Positions 16,102 to 16,414 of a stretch of DNA of 16,414 bases are shown here, one piece after another. Origin of the DNA: Deinococcales bacterium (GTDB taxonomy: Bacteria; Deinococcota; Deinococci; Deinococcales; JAAFIG01); NCBI GenBank assembly GCA_043778225.1, contig JAYWGM010000084.1, positions 1 to 16,414 on the forward strand, written 5' to 3'. The position numbers were made by a program, and so were the translations under genes. Position 1 is the stretch's first letter; each line of letters begins with the position of its first letter. The notes under the pieces are model-generated. The model worked only from the letters and a program-made list of their open reading frames with translations. It did no database searches and had not been told where the DNA came from.

Positions 16102-16151
16102 AAATGTGAAAAACCACACATTTATATCGAATACGTGTGAAAAAATTCATA
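16102..16151. promoter_or_regulatory. Two CRP-family-like sites
   Basis: AAATGTGA-AAAACC-ACACATTT (16102-16123) and TGTGA-AAAAAT-TCATA (16136-16151), each one mismatch from TGTGA-N6-TCACA. Confidence 0.5.
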
Positions 16152-16171
16152 CTTTAGCCAAAATACAGACC

Positions 16172-16199
16172 TTGACAGCCCCCACAAAAACGCTATACT
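16172..16199 (+). promoter_or_regulatory. Sigma70-type promoter for the T-box leader
   Basis: TTGACA (16172-16177), 16-nt spacer, TATACT (16194-16199); predicted +1 near 16206, right at the T-box 5' end. Confidence 0.8.
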
Positions 16200-16205
16200 C
16201 GAGAC

Positions 16206-16414
16206 AGCAACGACTGGGAAAGTACCGCGCCGCGCACCAACAGAGAAGTGTTCTCGAGGCTGAAAGGAACACTGGGAAAGGCAAACGCGAGAAAGTCACC
16301 CACGAGCATGAGGAAAGAACAGGTGGGCGGTCACACGCCCACACCAGTAGAATCCTCTGGGAGCGCCCATCACAGCGTAGCAAGAGCGCTCGACCAGTTT
16401 TTTAAGAACTCGGC
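16206..16414 (+). ncRNA. T-box riboswitch leader, Val (GUC) specifier; antiterminator lies beyond the window
   Basis: Stem I: basal GA motifs, TGGG(16215-18)/CCCA(16299-302), AGTA (16221-24), CGCG/CGCG, AG bulge AGAGA (16242-46), AGTGTTC/GAACACT (16247-53/16267-73) closing a GCTGAAAG distal loop, specifier loop GAA-A-GTC-A (16291-98). Stem II: GAGGA/TCCTC (16310-14/16353-57) with purine-rich internal loop and GTGGGCG/CGCCCAC. Confidence 0.85.

Noticed and set aside
16097..16405. ORFs 16097..16405 (+) and 16147..16383 (-)
   Set aside because: They overlap the promoter and T-box RNA structure and have no protein-like features.

Overview
Gene-dense bacterial chromosomal window, most likely from the Deinococcota. 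The evidence is a Thermus-like XylA, an lptB-DUF3084 pair, leaderless-type promoters and an SRE-like hairpin repeat; GC is only about 50% by eye. Order: a hairpin repeat/MITE end interrupting a small frameshifted pseudogene; small conserved ORF; lptB + DUF3084-type coiled-coil gene; (minus) mazG-nudix and a lipoprotein subtilase; Ser/Thr kinase-P-loop ATPase-TPR gene; AT-rich lipoprotein; NfsA-type nitroreductase with an extra C-terminal domain; orphan xylA; haemolysin-III/PAQR membrane protein; (minus) a 55-aa secreted peptide gene directly upstream of a cytoplasmic TPR-GGDEF diguanylate cyclase; and the 5' part of a T-box riboswitch with a Val (GUC) specifier. Highlights: (1) a candidate peptide-pheromone/TPR-diguanylate-cyclase cassette (RRNPP-like logic wired to c-di-GMP) with a symmetric 4-box operator; (2) about 90 copies of the palindrome CTCGAG where about 4 are expected, in all frames and in intergenic DNA (HIP-like); (3) an abrupt composition shift in the TPR region of the kinase. 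All counts are by hand and no database searches were run.
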